Positions 1 to 13,034 are shown, counted from the whole stretch's first letter. The stretch: DNA of 59,160 bases, filler included, from Dirinaria sp. TL-2023a (GCA_051941275.1; 8 parts of 8 records of this genome joined end to end with filler, not necessarily neighbours in it), one strand, 5' to 3'. A program made the numbers and translations. Notes: generated from the letters alone by a model not told the origin.

Positions 1-897
1 CCATCTCCGCCATCCATCGCCTCTCCCAGCATCATGCCACCCAGCAACCCTCCTCCCAGACCCAGCGCGGCACCACCTCCGGCACCTAGGCCGCCATGTC
101 GCTTTGGTGGGGCCTGCTGATAGCCTCCTCCATAGCCTTGGGGTGGATACCCTCCGTAGCCCTGCTGAGGCGGATAACCTCCATAACCTCCCTGCTGGGG
201 ATATCCACCTCCACCATAGCCTCCCTGTTGGCCATACCCCTGCTGCGCATACTGTGGCTGTCCTCCATAGCCCTGTTGTGGAGGATATCCCTGCTGCGGC
301 GCTCCCCCGTGCTTCCCTGTCAACTTCCCCAGCAGACCTCCCAAGCCCTTTGATTTCTGTTCCCGTGGCGGCAACTGCTGCTGGTCGTACGGCACATTGC
401 TTTGCTGCCCTTGGCCACCCGGATAGCCTCCCGTCGCTGAAGAAGGGCGTCCATAGTAGTCGTCGCTTGCGCCCCGGCTAGAAGGACGACCTTCAGCGCG
501 GGCGTTTTCTTCGGCTTGCAGGCGCGCTGCGTAGGCAGCGTCCGACTCGACGTTGCCTTGGCTTTTGGAGGCAGCATCGGATGAGTAAGGATTGTTGGTG
601 CTCAAGTGACCCTTCTCAGGGCCGGAAACGCCGCCGCCGGTGTACGAGGGTGGTGGGCCACCGGGAGCGGAGGGCGAGGATGGATAGACAGGGGAGTTAG
701 GGCGCTCCCAGGTGGATTGCTTTGTGTACTTATTGACGTAGAACCTGTGGAAGAAGGCATCAGTGGTGATAGTCGACGAGAGAGAAACGGATCAAGGTGG
801 TGAGATACCATTCTTTGTATTGATCATTGAAGACAGCTTTCCAGCCCTCGGGCACCTTTGGAGGTGGAGGGCCGGTTGGAGGGGCGAAATCGGCCAT
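1..897 (-). CDS. WW-domain, Gly/Gln/Tyr-rich protein (Wwm1-like), 3' end cut by the window edge
   Basis: ATG at 897; GT..CAG intron 808-745; spliced product [45 protein letters not shown] is a WW domain; followed by GYPPQQGY repeats and [17 protein letters not shown]. Confidence 0.8.
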
Positions 898-2047
898 TGT
901 TGGTGAAAGACCTTTAAGAGGTCTAACTATAGGTATGTGTAGAGATGTAAGGATAGGTTGGTGAAGGGATCGATTCAGGCTTTGGAGGTTGCCATCAGGA
1001 CTGTACTGTATGTCTTATTTAAGTACGAGAGCAAGGAAAAGAAAAAGAAAGAGAGAGAGAAAGAGAGAGACTGATGAGCTGACGCATGAACCAGTGAAGG
1101 GTGGGGGAGGGTCTTGGCATCATTTGATGGACGCCACAAGGTGGCGCAGCGATGACGACGACTCCAGGCAGCCCCAATATTCCCCCTAATCAACAATTGC
1201 TGCTTCCGTAGGTACTTGACTACTACTTGTAAAGTATTTGACATACAGGTCATTCGTTCAATTTCTTTCCCTTAGTTCGATATCATAAGCGTCGACTATA
1301 GTCACTGAAGATTGTAGCAGTGGAATGACATTTGTATCTTTGAGGACTGGTCAGAGACAAATACTGTACAGAGTCTTGAGGGTTCGGTCTCTCCATTCAA
1401 ACCCTAAATTGTAGCTAACCCTCTCTGTCGACTGTCGATGAGGAAGAACTTCGATCCCAACAAATAGCAACTCTCACAAAACGATCTCGACTTGCTCATG
1501 AATCTCCGTAGGCTGTGCTGAATAGTATTCACAGTCAAAAAAGTCTCGCCTCTCACAATCAGACAATGGGCAAGAGCGTTCCGGTCTAGCGATCTGTTGG
1601 CCGTTCCTTTTGAAAATGAACATCGCAGCAAAGTATTTGCTCACATAACCATATGCCCTCGTTGAAGCCGACTAGTCACACTTCCTTTACCTACCTAGCC
1701 TTGATTCAATAAACACTACCTCCTGGTTATGGGGTTGACGTGATCATTGCTGACGCCACTGATCGAGAATCCAGTCGTAGATTCGGGCCCCAGGTTGAGA
1801 GCGATTTCTTTTGTATTTGAAAAACTAATGTACACATTGGGGTAATTCGCGGTCTCTCATCATTCGACCACATGCTGACGTCGCGGGCCTATGAACATGG
1901 GTACTCGGCTGACCACACGCAAACTATGACGCTAATGAATCGCTGTGGAAATATGTTCCTTCCTTTGTACATGAACATGAAAAGCAGTATGACGGTGCAC
2001 TTTGTCCGTGCCCGTCAATTCGGATTCCCGATTTGGAGATTAGATTT

Positions 2048-5000
2048 TCACGAGTTCGAGGCAAGCCAGTCCGCCGCCTGCAAAGTTAGTCGGCATAATG
2101 CTACACTGTGAATTGATAGTGACAAGAAAGGAATCATACCTTATCGATGTTGTAGTCATACTTCTCCAAGGCTTTCACGGCCGCATCCCTCGAGTAGCCC
2201 ATTCCAGTTAACCGCTTCAGGATCGGGTCGTCATGCTCAGTGTCCTCACTTAGTCCGCGGTGCAACGACGGCTTCGAAGGCGTGAGGCCTCTAGCTTGCG
2301 TCTGCGACGGAGGCGGACCGGGCGGCGCCTCAAAAGCCTGCTTCTGAGCCGGGGGAGAAGGCGCAACGCCATTGTTCTGTGGAGTGTCAAGACCGGCGAA
2401 GATAGCGTCCCAATCATGACTTTGAGATGCAGGCTGGATTTGGCCTGTGACCTGGCGCGGTCCGTAGCCCTGTCCACCAGTAATACTGGACTCGAAGTCG
2501 TGGAAAGAAGTGTCGCGGAGCGTGTTGCTCGGAGGCTGGATGGTAGACTTCGTGGTGGCGGGAGAGTCGAAAGTGGGGTTGAACTCCTCAAACCCCTCTC
2601 TATGCGACGTATTCAGATCGTCTTCCGTCTTATCGTCTGCCTCTTTGGCTTCGGAAAGGTCATTGAACTCGTCGTCGAAGTCATCGAATGCGGTTTTGGC
2701 GGGTACAGCAGGGGGTGGTGCTTGCGTCTCGGATTGAATGGGGCCCGGGGGTTGGGACTGAGAGGCAGAGCGAGATGCTGCCTGAGAGGGAGGCTGACTG
2801 TAAGCGAAAGGGGCTGCTGACGCACCTGGGGCCATTGGTGATTGATGCTTTGATAGAATGTCTCCGAAAGTCGGGCCTATCGACTGCGGCTCTGCCCTAG
2901 TTCCTTCACCAAAGAAGCTTGAGCTTGGCTCGCCGCTGCCACTAGTTGGAGATGTGACTGTGGTCGAGACGGGACTCTTCACTGGAGGAGATGCTACTGC
3001 AGATGTCTGGTCTTCACGTGACGGCAAGAGACCGCTGTATTCGGCAGGGAACTGATTCGATCCAGATCGTTGGCCGCCAGTACTGGTCGGTGGCGGTGTG
3101 ATCTGATCGTAGGTAGGTGGCGATGTTTGGGCGCCAGGAGTTGGTAATTGACTCGTATTAGTTTCAGTGGACGTAAATGGGGGCCGTGCCAGAGCCGAGC
3201 TGCTCGACCCAGTCTCCAGTCCAGGCACTGTAGGATGTAATGTGTTTGTGGAGCCAATCCCTGGAGGGCGTGGAGGTGAGGCTGCTGTGAAATTATCATC
3301 GAAACCACGATCGCTGTCGCTGTCGCTATCGTCGTCAGCGCCGAATTCTTGAATCGGCGGGAATTCGGTCGCGGGGTTGTGCAGTTGTCCGTTACCGATC
3401 CCAGTCTGCCCAGGTTCCACAGCTTTGCCTGTATTACCAAAGCTTGCAAAAGCAGCATCAAAGTCATCTTTCGCTGATGGAGGAGTGCGCTGTTTCTCAC
3501 TAGCCATGGAGAATGGGTCGTTCTTCGCGTTCGAGGCAGATTGAGGTTGTGAATCCGTTGGGTGAAATGGCTCGTCCGAGGACTCGGAAGCTCGTTGTTG
3601 CGTTTGGACAGGTGGCGTCGCATCCCCAGGAAAAGCACCAGGAATGTCGCGAGACTCTTCACGCTGATTTGAAGGTAGACCCGTAGTACCCTGATCTGTC
3701 TGACCAACCCGTGGATCCATCACACCAGATGGAGGTGTCTGCGCGGCTGCTTCTGAGCTCGATTGACTCATATGAGTCACTGGAGATGCGTTCTCCTCAG
3801 CGGGCTTTGGAGCGTCGACCCTCGGATCTATGGGAGCAGAGAATGGCGCTCCTCTGTCTGTTGGCGTACTATAACTACTGCTTCCACTCATACGGCTTGC
3901 GGGTGGAGCGACTCTGACAGAGGAGCTCCGGGATTCCGGGCGATCGAGATCACTACGCAGAGGTAGGAAGCTGGAGGTTATCTGTCGTGACTGCGGAGGA
4001 GCTGGCGGTACAGTAGTAGATTGAGGGGTGTCTATGATAGGTGGGGAAGGAGTCTCTACACTCATTGGAACCTCAGAGCCTTTGGGAGATTTAACGACCT
4101 GACCGGTGAAAGTTGGCTCCTCAGGCATTTCCCGCTGCTGAGTTGGAGGGCTTGTCCCAAACGAGGTTGCCGGTACTCCAGAAGATTGGCTGGCTGGCTC
4201 CGCAACGGGACCAAAGAAGCTGTCGAAGGCATCATGGTTCGGAACGGCTGCGTTTTGAGGCGTGAATGGAGAGCTAACTCCCTTATCTGACGAACCGGTT
4301 AGGGCTCGCTGACGGAAAAAGGGATTCATGGAAGCTCCAGGGCTCGTGACGGCAGCCGGTGTGGGCTGTACAGCTTGGGCATCCAAGCTTCGCTTAGTCT
4401 GCTCAAATTCACGCTTTGCTTCATCATTCTCTCGTGAGAGCTGCTCATATTCTCCTTTGAGCCTATCTCGTTCAGCCTCCAGTGTCGCCAACTGCTTCCT
4501 GCTGATCGCGTTGAGTCCCTTTTGATGTCTCAAGTCCGATTCCATCTTTTCCAACTCAGGCTTCCACTGAGCCAGGTCAGCATTCATCTGTCTTAGCTTC
4601 TCTGTCAATGTGGCTTTGTGCTCCTGTTCTTGCGCTATGGTCTCTTCATTTTGGACGCGCCGATTTCTAACATCTTGGTGGGCGCTTTCAAGTGTTGCAA
4701 TTTCCTGCTGAATCTTACTGATATCATTTCCTAACTCCGCGAGCAGATTTTCGCCAGCTCTGAAGTCTCGCACCTCTTGCTCGTAGGTGGTTCTCAGCTG
4801 AGCGAGTCGATTCTCAAAGTCACGCTTCTGCGCTTGCAACTGTGATACGCGCTGATCATTTGAGCCTCGGTTGGTGGTGACTTGTTGCATCTGCCCGCTC
4901 AAGGTGCTCACCTGATTAGACAGATTCGCAAGGTCCGTAGTCTCTTGGGTAAGCTTCTGGCTAACTTCGGGATCATTGTCACCAAGCAAATCCTCCATGG

Positions 5001-6731
5001 CGGACGGTTGCTTTGACTGAGGCTGTACTCGTTGGCTTGGTACAGGACTACCACGATCGGAGCCCGTAGACTGGGGCTGCATGATTGTCTGTCCGAATGA
5101 TGAGGATGGGACGAAAGGCTTGAAAACTGAAGATTGCTGCTGTTGTGGTTGCGAACTTTGTTGAAATTGAGGTGAATCTTGGGCCCGTGAAGAAGTCGGC
5201 GTGTAGGTGCTGGAGTCACCAGTAGACTTCGGAGCGAGTGGCGGAGCCGAGGGTGACGACAAAGCGTCAAGGCCAAACAAATCATCAGATGCCTTCTTGG
5301 GAGCTGTTGCATTCGCCGCATTGTCAAAAGCTGGTGCGGTAGGCTGTGACGGTGCCTGGCCTTGTAGCCTCATGCTCGGTGGTATCAGATTCTGCGGAAG
5401 GCTTTGGGGAAGCACATCACGGCCATCACGCTTGCTGCGCTGCTGCCGTATAAGGTACATCGCTACGGCAAATTCATCCCGGTTCAACTGTCCTTCAGAC
5501 TTGATATCCGCCAAGTCCCAAATCTGTGCCAAGGCTTCTTCCGGTAGCCTTGAGTTGCTAAAGAAGGTGACAGCTTGGTCTCCTGTAATAAAGCCGCGGT
5601 TCGAGGTGTCGACAGTTGCGAAGATCTGGTCGAACTGGGCTTTATCCTGCGGGCTTATAGCCCATTGATCGCCAGTCGAAATGGACGGGTTCGGAGACGG
5701 TCCCTGAGGCAGACCCGCTAAGGGACTCGATACCCTCTGGAAATTTGATCCGCTGAACTGCCTCGGAACTGACGACGCAGTTTCTGGGCCTGGTCGAGTT
5801 CCCGTGTTTTGCCTCGAGATGCCACGCCGAGCGGCGGCTTCATAGAGGCCCGCAGGCAGAATTTGGGGCAAGGCGCGCATTGAGCCATTCTTGTATGATG
5901 CTAGCAAATGCATAGCAATGATGAATTCGGTCAGCCCCAACGAACCTCTTTGCTCCGTATCAGCGAGATTCCATATTCGACCTAAGACTTCGTTCGGCAA
6001 CTGGGCCCGCTCAAAAATCGATTTCGCAGATTCACCAGAGAGCATCCCATTCTGGACCCCAGACTCTTCGAACAAGGATGTATAGGAATTGACTTTGTCT
6101 GCAGTCAAAGGTGGCACTCGGATAGGTCCTGAGCCTGGTCCGCCACTATGCTGGGGACGTACTGGTCCTGCAAACGAAGACGGCGGAGAATTGGGAGTGG
6201 ACGGTCCTGGGATACCATCAAACTTTGGCAGAGGCCCGCCAGCTGGATGGTGACGATATTAGCGCCTTCCAGCTTCCAGATCTTCATGTGGACTCACGCT
6301 GCAATGCGAGATCTTTAGAGACTGTTCGACCAGCTTGAGCATACCCGATCAACCGGAGTACCATGCCAAAACCAGCAGGCGTGAGAAGCCCGCGATTCTC
6401 CGTGTCTGCTATCTGCCATATCTGCATGATCCGCAGTGTCAGCGCGTTCTTTCTCCACCGTCATTACGCAATTTCTGACCTCCCCTAACGCTGTTGGCGG
6501 CAATCTTGTTTTCTCGAAGAACTTCACGGCAATCTCCCCGGTAATCACCCCAATTTTGTCCGTGTCCGCTGCAGAAAAGAGCTGGCCAAAGTACCGCCTC
6601 TCTTCAGGGGTGAGATGAAGGTTCGGATGTTCTATAATCCTATATCAGCTTTCTATTCTCTGTCTTGTATTTAGCACAGTTGGTTTTGGGTGATGCTCAC
6701 GCTGTTCTTGGCTCCGGCCACTGTCCGCCAT
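2048..6731 (-). CDS. EDE1: EH-domain / coiled-coil / UBA endocytic adaptor (Ede1/Eps15 family), multi-exon
   Basis: ATG at 6731 (MADSGRSQEQ); three EH domains (ITGEIAVKFFEKTRLPPTALG, LPNEVLGRIWNLAD, LPEEALAQIWDLAD); coiled coil; NPF/DPF motifs; C-terminal UBA (LTGMGYSRDAAVKALEKYDYNIDK/AADWL); last exon stops at 2048. Confidence 0.93.
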
Positions 6732-7345
6732 GATCACTGCTCGGAGCTTCTCAGCTCAATAAAGATCCGTCTACTACTGTAACCAGAGTGTTTCCACAGT
6801 GAACAGTAGGAGACAATACGTATTAGAGACTGCACATTATTGACAAAGGAGACGCCGCATAAAGACCACAGTATGGGTATTAGGAAGGAACTGAAGCTCT
6901 GTGCTCACTGCTCAATATTACTTTGGGTGATGATGTCGCGATCCCATTCTCCCATTTTCGGCGCGACCGGGATCGGAATTTCCATAAGTCCGGCGTCCGT
7001 GGGCTTGGCATCCATCAGAATCTCTAGACTCTCTTAGGGAGAGATGGTCTATCCCATGGTTCATTATTCGAAGCCAAGAAGCTTTGCAAAGCTCTGCTAA
7101 ACCGAGATTTTTCAGGTCTTTTATTCAGTCTACAGCAGCTAGCTCCAGTACTATGACTGAGTACTATGGCAGGACAGGAGCCATTCATAATCCAAGATCT
7201 GGCCCAAAAGTAAGCTGCCGGCGACTCAACGACTCTCGATGCAGATCCGTTACTTTAATAGTACATCGTGAACGGATCCTAGCCATTGAAAGTCATTGTG
7301 CCCTGCATTGCCAATATCCCTCTCTTACCACCACTTATGCGCAAG

Positions 7346-7445
7346 NNNNNNNNNNNNNNNNNNNNNNNNNNNNNNNNNNNNNNNNNNNNTTAATTAATTA
7401 ANNNNNNNNNNNNNNNNNNNNNNNNNNNNNNNNNNNNNNNNNNNN
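7346..7445. other. Artificial contig linker (N44-TTAATTAATTAA-N44)
   Basis: Identical 100-nt spacer with stops in all six frames; occurs 7 times. Confidence 0.99.
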
Positions 7446-7553
7446 GTGGTGTAGGGTTGGGACTTTTTTTTGGATGGATGGATGGATGGACTTGTTTTCG
7501 GCTGATAGTCGGCTCTGGGGTTGGATATCTTGTCTCGGGCCGGGGATATTCCA

Positions 7554-7739
7554 TACTCGTTTTCACCTACTTTCTTGCCTCACCTACCTTAAGGTACTTT
7601 CTTGTCAGGGTTAGGGTTACACGCAGTTTTTCACCTAGGGTTGATGAAAGGTATTTAGGTTTGATGGGGTGAAAAATAGCCTGTAACCCTAACCCTGACA
7701 AGAAAGTAGGTGAGGCAAGAAAGTAGGTGAAAACGAGTA
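7554..7739. mobile_element. MITE-like foldback element flanked by TA (Tc1/mariner-type target), with TTAGGG-like motifs in the arms
   Basis: Left arm CTCGTTTTCACCTACTTTCTTGCCTCACCTAC...TTTCTTGTCAGGGTTAGGGTTACA is the reverse complement of right arm TGTAACCCTAACCCTGACAAGAAAGTAGGTGAGGCAAGAAAGTAGGTGAAAACGAG; TA at 7554-7555 and 7738-7739. Confidence 0.75.
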
Positions 7740-8103
7740 GTGTCCATTGCCCTAATTTTCTTGGCATATATTTTGCTTAGGTAGGGAATTACCTTACCTG
7801 ACTTCGCCTAGCATTGCTAGGGGATGGCGGGTGTTAAGATGCACGATGTACCATCATATGATGCACCTTTGGTGCATCTTCTATACAGTGATCTTTAAAC
7901 AGTGAGAAGCTATTGGAACTCAGTTTGACTTCGGGAAGGGGGAGAATTGACATCTCCCTTTCCTTGACGCTGTTGGCTGCGTCTACATAACGAACTAACA
8001 AATGAGTGTAGCTTAAGCCGAGGCCTTTTCTCTCTAGTGCATCTACTGGCAAGGTCCTCCCTTGAAGCAGGTTCTGTGACGACTCAACCGTTGCTTAGCA
8101 CCT

Positions 8104-9100
8104 TTAGCTTCGACTCCAGCTCTTGAAGTATGGCAGCAAGTACAAGGATGACATCCAGATATTCCACAATCTCCATGTTGTTTTATCGTCTTTGATTGTC
8201 CGCTTCGCGACTACTCGCCAAACCACCACCGCTCCCAGGGGCACAGCCGCTGAATATCCCCAAGGGTCCATTTCCCAAAAGGTTGGAAGAAGAAACGAAG
8301 CAGCAGTCATAGTCGTCGCTATTGTCCATCTAGCCGCCCCGTCGCCTATCACTAAAGGCACACTGTTACGCCCTCTCATGCGGTCTCCCTCCTGGTCAGG
8401 TATATCCTGCATGTGGACCGTTAGGAACACGGCCACGCCAATGGCGGCTAGCCAATTCCAGGCCACAGTATTGAGGGAGCCACCACCCATCGCAACCATT
8501 GTAGCGCCAGTAGCGAAACCCAGGTATAATCCTGCGTTAAGCATATTTCTAACAATACAGCTACGATCCGCGCCCCCAAGATTGTTATACAAAATACCGA
8601 GAAAGAACAGTATCAAGGAAGCTGGTAATGCGTGAAGCCACCAGCTGAAGGCGAAGGCTATCAAGTACGCGGCAACCATGATCCGCACTGCTGCACGGTG
8701 GGAGATTCTACCTGATGGCATGGGTCGCCAGGCTTTATTGACTTTATCTTCGAGCACCGCATCTGGCTGGCGCTGGTTGTTGATGTTGAAGGGTAGCAGA
8801 TTGATCCAGGCCCACAAAAAAACCAGTGGTATCCGTGCAAGGGTTTCGCACAACGGGAACCCCTGATTGCTGGACAGAATATCACCTGAGAGTGCGTTGA
8901 AAATTCCCAGGACGGTCTTGGGGACCACTATGGTCTTAAAGTCGCTTGCTGTGAAGAGAAACATAGTATACAAGTGCATCCGTAATTTACTTTGAGCTGA
9001 TTCGAATGTCAGATCTGCTGTCTAATAGTTTGTCAGTCCACCACTCTCCTAGGAGGGAAAGTGCAGGTTCACAAACTTCGCTTGGAGTCATCTTTAGCAT
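8104..9100 (-). CDS. UbiA-superfamily membrane prenyltransferase / Fma-TC-like membrane-bound terpene cyclase
   Basis: Multi-TM protein with NNQRQPDAVLEDKVNKAWRPMPSGRI and QDIPDQEGDRMRGRNSVPL motifs; probable short first exon (MLKMTPSE, ATG 9100) joined in frame by a GT..CTGAC..TAG intron to ORF 8104-8979. Confidence 0.85.
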
Positions 9101-9664
9101 TTTATTAGATGTTCTTTGCATCCGTGGCTACGTCAACTCTCGATTCTCTGCGTCACAAGCTCGCCTCGTACTTGCAGCAGGGAGACTTGGGGTGCTTCAG
9201 GCCAGGAACATCCACGATTATTTACCCGGGAGATGTACAGTAAAAGTCTCATGGGATGCATGCAAGGTAAGCACGTATATTCGCCACGAAGAAGAAATCA
9301 GCAACGGGAGGGCAATCCGATCTCGAATCCTACAGCCTTAAGGGCTGGGAATGACAAATGCAATATGTCTCCGAGCATCATATGCAGCAAGTTACACCAC
9401 AGCTCAGAGAAACACTAGCATTCCTTTGGGATTCTCCTCTAGTGCGTTGATGAATCCTACATTAGTGGCGAGAAATAAGAAATCTAAATTTCAGCTTGAA
9501 GACTGTTTTGATATCGTTATAGATTTCGGAAATACGGTTTTGGTAACATTTCCGAATCGTGAATTTTTCGCTCCTTTTAAGTTGCAAGTCGGCAAGGCAT
9601 AGATTCCTTTCTTCACTTTCTAAAGGACTGCGTTTGGAAAGTGGTGACAATCATAAAGCCCGAA

Positions 9665-11626
9665 ATGACTCAACTCATTTTTTTCAATAGCTGCATTGGT
9701 ATTGTCTCTCACTTGGCCTTCTACATTCGAGAAGAGCATCACCTTCAAGCAGCGGTTCTGCTGAGACTCTATGCGGTGGTTTACTTCATTATCTGGCTCG
9801 GCTGCATACAATTCAATGGAGAAACACCATATTCTGCCACCATCTCAAGTACAACTGCGGCCCTATCATATTGCTTGGGGCTCTTCGGCAGCATCGTGAT
9901 ATATCGCTTCTTTTTTCATCAGTTGAACAGCTTCCCAGGCCCGACAGGTGCTAAAGTCTCCAAGTTATGGCATCTATGGCAGGTGAGAAGTGCGAAGCAG
10001 TACCTGGTCCTGCACGAATTACATAATAAATATGGTGACTTTGTCCGGACAGGTAAGTCTAGTGCTAAGGGAGGATATAAAAGCAGCTTGTTTAACGTCT
10101 ATACAGGACCCAACGAGATTTGTGTGTTCCAACCGGAAGCCCTGAAGACCATTCATGGTTATAGTTCTAAGTGCACGAAAAGCGCATGGTATGACATGCT
10201 GAAACCTTATACGGCAATGAATACGACAAGAAGTAAACTCGAGCACGATAAGCGACGGCGAGCGTACGAATCTGGTCTCTCTGTTAAAGGTCCGTTATCA
10301 ACTTTAATATCGCGCTTGAAGCTGATATCTTTCAAAGCTGTGCGGGGATACGAGACCAGGGTTCTCCACAACGCGAATGATCTTAGCAGTGCATTTTTGC
10401 AAATAGTTGGGAAGCCAATAAATGTTTCAGTCTGGTTTCAATATTTCGCCTTTGATGTGATGGGTGAGCTTGGCTTTGGAAAAAATTTCAACCAGATTAG
10501 GACAGCAAAGTCACACTTTGAAACCGACTTCCTCCGCAACGGCATGTCCCTTCTTGCTATAGTCACCCCAATGCCTTGGCTCTATCACTTAGGGCGTAGC
10601 TTACCTTGTCTTACACGTCAATGGGACAAACTTCTGTCTTGGTCTGCTCGACAAGCAAAACACAGAGTCGAAGTGAGTCTGACTGATCAGTAATGTGAAC
10701 TTCAACTAATTTTGATGTTAGAAGCCAGCAAAACAACCCGATGTACGGTGGTCGATCCATGTATTAGACGTTGCTAATGTATGGACAGATTATGTCTGGC
10801 ATCATTGAGGACTGGCTGGACCAGGATGAGGCCACGCGAGACGTTCATTCGTTGGGCGGAGACGCTATTGCAATTGTGATTGCCGGCAGGTAAGTTATCA
10901 CGGCTCTACCTCATGGATCCGTTAACAACCTATTTTTTGCCCAGTCAAACGGTTGCAGCCGCTTTGGTCTTTGTCTTTTACCGGCTTGCTAAACACCCGG
11001 CCTGGGCGGACACGCTTCGAAAGGAGATCAGTGAATGCCCTGATTTAGATCCAGTACTTCTCCAGTCATTGAATTATCTAAATGCGTTTATATACGAAAC
11101 TTTGCGGCTCCATCCTCCAGTCCCTTCGGCTGGCTTAAGAGATACGCCGCCAGAAGGAATCATTATCGGTGGCCATCATATACCGGGAGGAACTACGGTT
11201 TTAACCCCTAATTATAGCCTTGGAAGACGTCCGTCTACATTTACAGTCTTGGTGATGTTATTGAAGGCTGATCAAACCGGCAGTGGAAAGTTGCTTTGAA
11301 GATGCGAGCCAATTTCGCCCCGAACGCTGGTGCACTGCTCCTGGCTTAGTCAAGAACAGCACTGGCTTCAGGCCTTTCGGTTTAGGTATATCGCTCGATT
11401 GTCTGATAATATGGAAAACTAATCCAGCGTAGGCCCATACTCCTGTGTAGGGAAGAACCTGGCTTTGCTGGAGATAAGGGCCGTGACAGTGGTCTTGCTA
11501 AAGAAGTACGACATCTCTTTTGCTCCTGGCGAGGACCTCTCTGCAATGTTTGAAGACTTACAAGATGTCTTCACTGCGTCTCCCGGAAAGTGTGAGCTGG
11601 TCTTCAAGCTACGCTCAGAATCGTGA
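9665..11626 (+). CDS. Cytochrome P450 monooxygenase (multi-exon)
   Basis: N-terminal TM segments, FPGP, I-helix AGSQT, ETLR (ExxR), PERW, heme motif PFGL/GPYSCVGKNLA; stop TGA 11624-11626. Confidence 0.93.
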
Positions 11627-13034
11627 GCCATAGCTGCAAACCTAGTAATGACCAAGGCATACTAGCCCAGCGAGTCTTAGGATGCCTGAAAGGCCCTTGT
11701 TATATTTCATCGTAAGTATACGCTCTTACAGCGGAGAACAAATCCGGAGCAACCATTAAAACCAAGATGGGGCCCCTCACGGCCTTCCAGACTTTTCTTA
11801 TTTTACAGATGGCACGGGTTCAGCATCTACTGGCTCTTACGCTCCGTCTGGGCTTCTAAACCATGCAGAACTCGGCAAATCCGGGCCAGTCGTACCCTGA
11901 AAGCTGCATAAGGATGCTAAGGATCAGCTAGGTGTAGGAGGCTTCAGACAACTAGATTCTGATACACCTCCTTAGAAAAGCGCCGCACTGAAACTGGCCA
12001 ATGTCAAGCATGTATTTGCATTGCCTCGCGTACTCGTATGTACCTCGTGTACTTCACAGTGCGACACGGGGAAGTGCATCCGATTCCGCTGAGAAAGTAA
12101 CGGTTGCTGATTTTCGCGTCCAGGGCAGCAGAGACCCCATATCGAAGAAGAAGTTCTGAAAGAAATCGCCAAAAGTCGCTTCCCCCATTGTGTACATTCT
12201 CTCATTGTTTTCTGTTTAGGTAAGTCGAGCTAGACAAAAGTATCGCTTACGATACGGTCTGTACTTGATCGGCTTACAAAATGCATCTGCCTTAGGTAAC
12301 AGATGTACTTTCTTATGGCAGTGACGCATCATTTGACTTTGCACAATTGAAACTTTACGGTATCCGATAAAGTACCTACTTTATAGCCGCTTCACCGCCT
12401 CGTTCGAGGCTCTCACTCCCCGCTACCAGCACGAACCACCCATCCACGCGTCCACCCACACACACATAAGCATAGTGGCTATAATTGCGTAATAATCTTC
12501 AGGGCCACCGCATTGTGCCGCCTTACGGTGCATCCTGAACTAAGGTAATGGGGGTGATGCACGTATTTCTGATGTCAAAAATCCCTACCTTCCTCTTCGT
12601 GCAAACTTGTTAATGGTCGCGCTAGGTACTTTTCCGTAGTTTCGTTAGGCTAACGAGCACGGTCAGAGATAAGGTACCTTATCCCGCTATCCGGAAATCA
12701 GCAATCGTAATAACGTAATTGAATATCTATAATATCTACAGCTGAACTTAGGAACCAGACCGATTCTTAGGGGCTGAGATGCTCCTTGTTATGACACAGT
12801 GCTCAAAGGCTTCTTCCGGACTTCCCAGTCTTCCCGAGTACCCTACGCTAGCTTTCTAGGTACAAGCATTCCTTCAATCATCGCCGGTCTTCTACCAATA
12901 TGCCTCGCAAAACATATCTATCTGGCTCTCAGGCCTTTCACTCCTTTATTAAGACATCAGGATTGATTCTATTTGGTCTGACGTCAAAACCACATGTTCG
13001 AAGTTCACCTGCGACGGAAAAAGAAGAGTAGAGT

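Noticed and set aside
2250..6085. Many overlapping or antisense ORFs within EDE1 (likewise within NOP7, RRP6, GAB1, NAT4)
   Set aside because: Shadow frames of real coding sequence with no recognisable motifs
7390..7401. TTAATTAATTAA recurring every ~7.4 kb as a biological repeat or array
   Set aside because: Always embedded in identical N runs; it is a synthetic six-frame-stop linker
7607..7697. True telomere or chromosome end
   Set aside because: Only about two TTAGGG units per arm, in inverted orientation inside a foldback element
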